DNA of 64,000 nt, taken from Anolis carolinensis (lineage: Eukaryota). Location: assembly GCF_035594765.1 (NCBI RefSeq), contig NC_085844.1, positions 163,200,107 through 163,264,106 of the forward strand, in the 5' to 3' direction. The position numbers were made by a program, and so were the translations under genes. Positions 58,617-64,000 of this stretch are shown in pieces; position 1 is the stretch's first letter; each line of letters starts with the position of its first letter. Under the pieces are notes generated by a model. It had not been told where the DNA came from and searched no databases. It saw nothing but the letters and a program-made list of their open reading frames with translations.

Positions 58617-59047
58617 TTTTTTAAATCATGTCAGAAATGACTTGAGAACATACTTCAGATCAGCAACCGAACCTTCAGGTCAGCATTTCACAAGGGTTTA
58701 ACCCAATTTTAATTTTAACTGGCTGGGATTTCTGGGAGTTATAGGCCAAAACACCTGGGGACCCACAGGTTGAGAACCACTGGTTTAACCCATTGCACCA
58801 CTGTTGATTTTTTAATCATGTCAGAAGTGACTTGAGAACATCCTGCAAGTCACTTCTGCTGTGAGAGAATTGGCCATCTACAGAGACATTGCCCAAGGGA
58901 TTCTGGGATGTGTTACTGTAAGGCTTCTCTCATGTCTCCGCAAGCTAGAGCTGACAGACGGGAGCTCACCCCATCTCACAGATTAGAATTTGTAACCTTC
59001 AGGTCAGCAGTTCACAAAGGTTTAATCCATTATGCCACCATGGCTCC
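58617..59047 (-). mobile_element. Tandem pair of SINEs (44372 family): one internally deleted copy carrying a half hAT MITE, one near full length
   Basis: Target motif CCACTGTTG occurs three times (58608, 58798, 59050). The hAT remnant at 58704-58782 has an 8-bp TSD GTTTAACC and one TIR. Confidence 0.75.
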
Positions 59048-59440
59048 TCCCACTGTTGATAATAGGCATTAAACTCAGAAACAGGCTTCACATTTGAAAG
59101 AGACTTGAAAGAGAGGGAAGCTAATAACTGGAAAATGGGTAAGAAATGCCTATTGAAATAGGCTCCATAGAAACCTTATAGAACCTATGTTCTCTATCTT
59201 TTTAACTTCAATGAACCCTTGAAATTATTTCCAAGTTTTCAAGAACGTCTGCACAAAAATGATTGTATCTACAATTCAGAAAGTTTTTGTTTTTTAAATC
59301 ACTATCCTTTCTGAAACCCCTAGCAACTTATTTTCAGAACTCCTGGTATTGAAGGAACCTTGGTTGAAAAATCCTGTTATGTGGGGTCTCTGGTAGAAGA
59401 AGAGAGTGGGAAAGTGAAAGATACTAAGATACTGAATTAA

Positions 59441-59667
59441 TATTATTTATTTATTTACAGCATTTATATTCCACCCTTCTCACCCCGAAGGGGACTCGGG
59501 GCAGATCACATTGCACACACAAAGGCAAACATTCAATGCCATGACACAGAACAGAGACAAAGACAAGACGCAGGCACCGGACTGGCCTCGAACTCATGAC
59601 CTCTTGGTCAGAGTGATTTGTTGATTTGTTGCAGCTGGCTTGCTTTCCAGCCTGCGCCACAGCCCGG
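59441..59667 (-). mobile_element. tRNA-derived SINE with an L2-type 3' tail
   Basis: Minus strand CCGGGCTGTGGCGCAGGCTGG (A box), GAGTTCGAGGCC (B box), tail GAGTCCCCTTCGGGGTGAGAAGGGTGGAATATAAAT...(TAAA)n. Confidence 0.8.
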
Positions 59668-61391
59668 TTCTGAATGGTTCAAGGAATGAAGACAGTGGGC
59701 AATAAGCTGGAAAAAAACAACCAAGAGCCAGACCTAAATCTCAATAAAGGCCTAGAAATTATTCACCACTACTGGGCAAATATATAGGTTTGGAAAGATT
59801 GAGGTTATGAGCCAGGGAGCATGTGGGCATAAAACTAGACTTATCTACTAGACCAACTAGGGGGGCAGATTACAACCCATTACAAGACAGAAGGCTATTT
59901 TTGCCTATAGAGCTAGAAATCTGAAAGAGAGGTTTTAGAGAGAAAAAAATTGTTTCCTTCTCCTACACAATTATCACTCCTGGATATTTTAGGAGTGTAA
60001 CTCAGATATGAATATCTGACCCTTTCTGGGGTTTTTCTGAACATTTTCTCCATAGCTGGTGCAGAAAACTAACTACCTGGACTTTAAGCTTTCTCATATT
60101 TGGTCTCTGTCCAGCCATACCAGCTGTCCCTTGGATGATTACATAGAAGATATTTTGTGGACTTGAATTTTCCCCTTGAAAATAACCTTATTGTCATGGT
60201 TGAAATTGTTTTTGTCCTACTTTTTTATGGTACACAATGGATTTTAGTAATAACATTTACTTTTGATGTGTTTTGTATGAGGGCTTCAACTGCAATATGC
60301 TTTGAGATTGTTTTTATAAAGGAAAGCTGAATACAAATCTCCAAGTCCACTTTTCTAGTCTGATTGTGTACTGAAGCTGGCATCCCTAGAGGTTAACAAA
60401 GGCTGAGTTCAAGCAAGCATAGAACTGGCCTCTGAATCCCACAGATTTCAGTGGAATACATTTGCAAGCAACTAAGTGTGCATAGGGTTGCTGTGTGACA
60501 CCCAAGTATTGATTTGCAGTAACCAATGGGCTGTTTGGCTTTAGGCTTCAGACTTCAGTTCATGCCTCTTCTATAGGTTGCAATAAAATGAGGTAATGGA
60601 ATGGGCTTTCTTTCTGATTTATTCTGAACATGAATAACAAAAGGACCTATTTTAGAAAAAACATCCTTTTGGATTAGGTAGAAAGTTAATCTGATTTTGA
60701 AAACCAATTACACTACTCTACTACTACTTTGATTTTGTTTTATATTTTTGTACTTTTGAGAAAAAACGAGTCATGTGAATTTTAGTATTCCTGTGGTGCT
60801 TAATCTACATCAGCAGCAGAATGAGGCATCGGTGAGAAAGCGGAGTCTTGAAATAGTAAAACAGGGCCATGCAGTGTTTGACTGCATATGGAAATCACGT
60901 TGTTGAATGCTTTTCTAAGAAAAAGAATAATACACCAATTACATTCCTGGAAGTAGGAAAACTACAATTGCATTGGGGCAACTGATCTTGAATATCTCTC
61001 TCTGATGTATTACAAATGTCTAGGTGCCAATAGTTTGTTTTCCTATTTAATTTAGAGAGGCATTAAAATTGCAGAGCTTGGAAGTAACATACTATCAGTA
61101 ATGCTACAGCCTATTGCAACTTTCCCTTTTGACATAGTGCAAGGTAATACAACAAGTCATAGCCTGATGTTTTACATGCAACAATATTTACACATCTTTT
61201 CAAGTTATTCAAGGGGGAGGGGCTTTGGGAAGCATTTTGTGGAGATGTTTTCTCGAGTTCTAGGTGTTTCTTACTTTTTTAAACATTTTACTCAAAAGTA
61301 ACAAAAAAGTGAGCATGAATCAAGTAACAAGACAATATGAATAATGGGGAATGGCAACAGTTCTTATTAAAAATAATTGAACAGGATAATA

Positions 61392-61601
61392 AAGAGAAAA
61401 ACAAAAATGAGCCAAAACGAATGTAAGTATAATTATTTTCTCTGAAAGGTCCGAAAATTGTTGTTTTTTCCTGACACAAGAGAAAAACAAAAATGAGCCA
61501 AAACGAATGAAACTATAATTATTTTCTCCCAAAGGTCTGATTTTTTTTGTTTTTTTCTGACACAAGAGAAAAACAAAAATGAGCCAAAACGAATGAAACT
61601 A
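61392..61601. repeat. 86-bp tandem repeat, about 2.4 copies
   Basis: AAGAGAAAAACAAAAATGAGCCAAAACGAATG recurs at 61392, 61478 and 61564. Confidence 0.9.
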
Positions 61602-61876
61602 AATAAAACGAACAGCGATTCCTTAAAAATGCACATCACAAAATGTACGCTTGCTTCTATATTCCCATTCATATTAAGATTACGATAAACTGGGAACTGT
61701 TTAGTATTCTTCTAGTTGCCATGCTACAAGTAGATTAATATGTAAAGACAGGAGATGGGGGCAACCCTACACTTGATATAATATGCACTATCTATCTCCA
61801 TGCATGAAGTGAGGATTTCTGAAGAGGGGAATCTTTGCATAAACAGATCCAATGAGTAAGCAGCTGCTTACATATA

Positions 61877-62268
61877 CTGTATATACTCGAGTATAAGCCG
61901 ACCCAAATATAAACCGAGGCACCTAATTTTACCACAAAAACTGGAAAACTTACTGACTCGAGTATAAGACAAGGGTGGGAAATGCAGCAGCTACCAGTAA
62001 ATTTCAAAAATAAAAATAAATACCAATAAAATTACATTAATTGATGCATCAGTAGGTTAAATGTTTTTGAATATTTACATAAAACTATCATTTAAGATAA
62101 TAATAAGACTTTAATAAGATAATACTGTCCAACTCTGATTACATATACTCGAGTATAAACTGACCCAAATATAAGCCGGCCAGGACCCTTCCTCAAGTAT
62201 AAACTGAGGGGGGCTTTTTCAACCCTTAAAAAGGGCTGAAAATTCGTTTTATACTCAAGTATGTAGGG
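61877..62268. mobile_element. Tc1/mariner (pogo/Tc2-like) non-autonomous element
   Basis: TA followed by CTGTATATACTCGAGTATAAGCCG; repeated ACTCGAGTATAA motifs; degenerate inverted right end TTATACTCAAGTATGTAGGG. Confidence 0.75.
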
Positions 62269-64000
62269 GAAGCTTTTTAGTTCAAATGCCCATGCTGAGT
62301 TCACATATTCTGTGTGTGTCTCTGTGCTAAATGGCCTAATTTCAGCATTAGACTGCCACTGTGGTCCTACTTCTCCTTCTGACACATGATGACCTAGTGT
62401 ACAAGTAACGCTTAAATAGGTTTTTGGTCTCAGTGTTGATTCTCTTACAGTGCAGAAAATTGAATCAGGTTAGTTGGCCTGACCTAGATCTGCACAAATG
62501 GTGAATGCAATAAGCACCAGCTGTTTATTGTGGCCTGCCAGTATTTGATAATCCCATTTTGTACTCCCAACTAGGCAGCAGAACCAGGATGTTTAACAGA
62601 ATTGGTGAACTGCGTTTGGTTCAGCTAAGCCAATTTGGGGGCCATTCTCTTAGAAATGTTTGCTAGCAATTAATAAATGATTGAGAACTGCTTAGTGGCA
62701 AAGTTCAGGCTTTAAATTTGATTTTCATAGTGTAGTGACTGTAAAATCAAATTTAAGTAAAACAGTTTGATTGCTGGACATTGTTTGATGTCTCAGACAA
62801 TCAGAATTTAGCAAATACCATTCACTTTTGTGGGCATTTGATAATCAAATCAAATTAATTAATGTCAGGGCTAATAGAAACATTGATTGTAACAACAGCT
62901 AGAGTCTTAAAACAAAGAAAGATCCAGAAAAAATGTGCACAGCCATCTTTCTGTCTATCTCAATCAGCACAGTCTTTCATATTTATTGTTTGTTTGTTGG
63001 AGGAGTTTTGGAATTCCCCTTTGATATAGTGCTGTCAGTGTCTCAATGTATAATTGAGTTTATACAATTAGCAGACAGCTTGACACTCTGCAGAAAGTAG
63101 GAAATTGTAGAATAGATTTTCTCTACACCTCTATAGCCAAGAATAGGAGTAGGTGATCCAGATAATTTAGATCATAATCTCCAACCTTTGATTATGCTGT
63201 CTGGGGCTTATGGGATTTGTAGTCCACTGTATCTGGAGAGTCCTCTAGTTAGGTGTTCATGGCTTTTGGCCCACCATTATATACAAAGGAGTTTATTCAG
63301 GAATACTTGACTGATCATGGATTGGTTATGTATGTTTCTACATTAGGATCATACACACAGCTTGGTAAGAAAACTATTGGAGAATAAGGCTCTTCATACT
63401 GGTTCAAACTTTATCTTCCCTACCCAGTATAGAAATTGTCAGAATAGTTACCACTTAAAATAATATTGCAGATTTATGCGATCACTTTTTAGTACTCTCT
63501 AGAAAGGCATCTCTTCAGAGCTGTTTGCTCCAAAATACTATTTCTTTCACAATTGGCTTTGTGTTCTGGATCCTAACATAATAAATCCAACCAGTCATTT
63601 CTGTTGGGAGCTCTCAGAAATTTTGAATTTGTTCAGATGTTTATTACTGATTTACATGTAGAGCAAAGAGATGCCAAACTGGAGGCAGAATTCAATCAAG
63701 AGGTTTTGATGGCATTCTAAAGTTGAAAGATGCAATTTGAATGGTTTATGAATAAATCCACAACTGAAACATTAAATTACAGCCTGTAGAATCCACATGA
63801 GGACGATGAATACCAGATACATAAAACACTTTTATTGTCAGTTACCTTTAAGGTTGAGCAGAATGAAAATCCATCATGTGGGAGCGGTCCTGCAGCATAT
63901 CTTGCACCAGGGAATTACAGGAAGTGCAGGGGAAAAAGAAGAAGACGAGAGAAGGAATTTGAGATGTAAGGGACAGGAGGATTTTCGAGCCCATGACCCA

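Noticed and set aside
61392-61601. Repeat-spacer appearance suggesting a CRISPR array
   Set aside because: The intervening sequences are copies of each other, the context is eukaryotic and there are no cas genes.
32100-64000. Numerous 60-130 aa ORFs in the track
   Set aside because: No recognisable protein motifs outside the listed LINE fragments; consistent with chance ORFs in intronic or intergenic DNA.

Overview
Vertebrate genomic DNA, AT-rich and repeat-dense. The repeat families (Sauria-type SINE, Vingi, CR1, L2, R4/Dong, Penelope, hAT, Harbinger-like and Tc1/mariner MITEs) point to a squamate reptile, probably an Anolis-type lizard (inference). No multi-exon host gene is recognisable; the window looks like a large intron or intergenic interval, with one good candidate 19-nt microexon at 9762-9780. 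Main contents: (1) the 3' end of a young Ty3/Gypsy chromovirus (RNase H end, integrase, chromodomain, PPT, 972-bp 3' LTR; 1-2731); (2) a 5'-truncated Vingi/Ingi-type LINE with a 15-bp TSD (4029-5213); (3) a related solo LTR (15860-16715) and probably a third, decayed LTR (about 27252-27990, minus strand); (4) a full-length DIRS1-type tyrosine-recombinase retrotransposon with ITRs, ICR, gag, RT-RNase H-methyltransferase and YR (about 18156-24038); (5) a processed STOML2 pseudogene with a 13-bp TSD and no poly(A) tail (30509-32015); (6) many SINEs, LINE fragments and MITEs, some nested. Top finding: the chromovirus pol frame reads through the PPT and about 97 codons into the LTR, ending in RRSARIAAK, a near copy of the HMGN nucleosome-binding core. 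The divergent solo LTR conserves this peptide largely through synonymous changes, which suggests a selected, LTR-encoded chromatin-tethering tail on the integrase.
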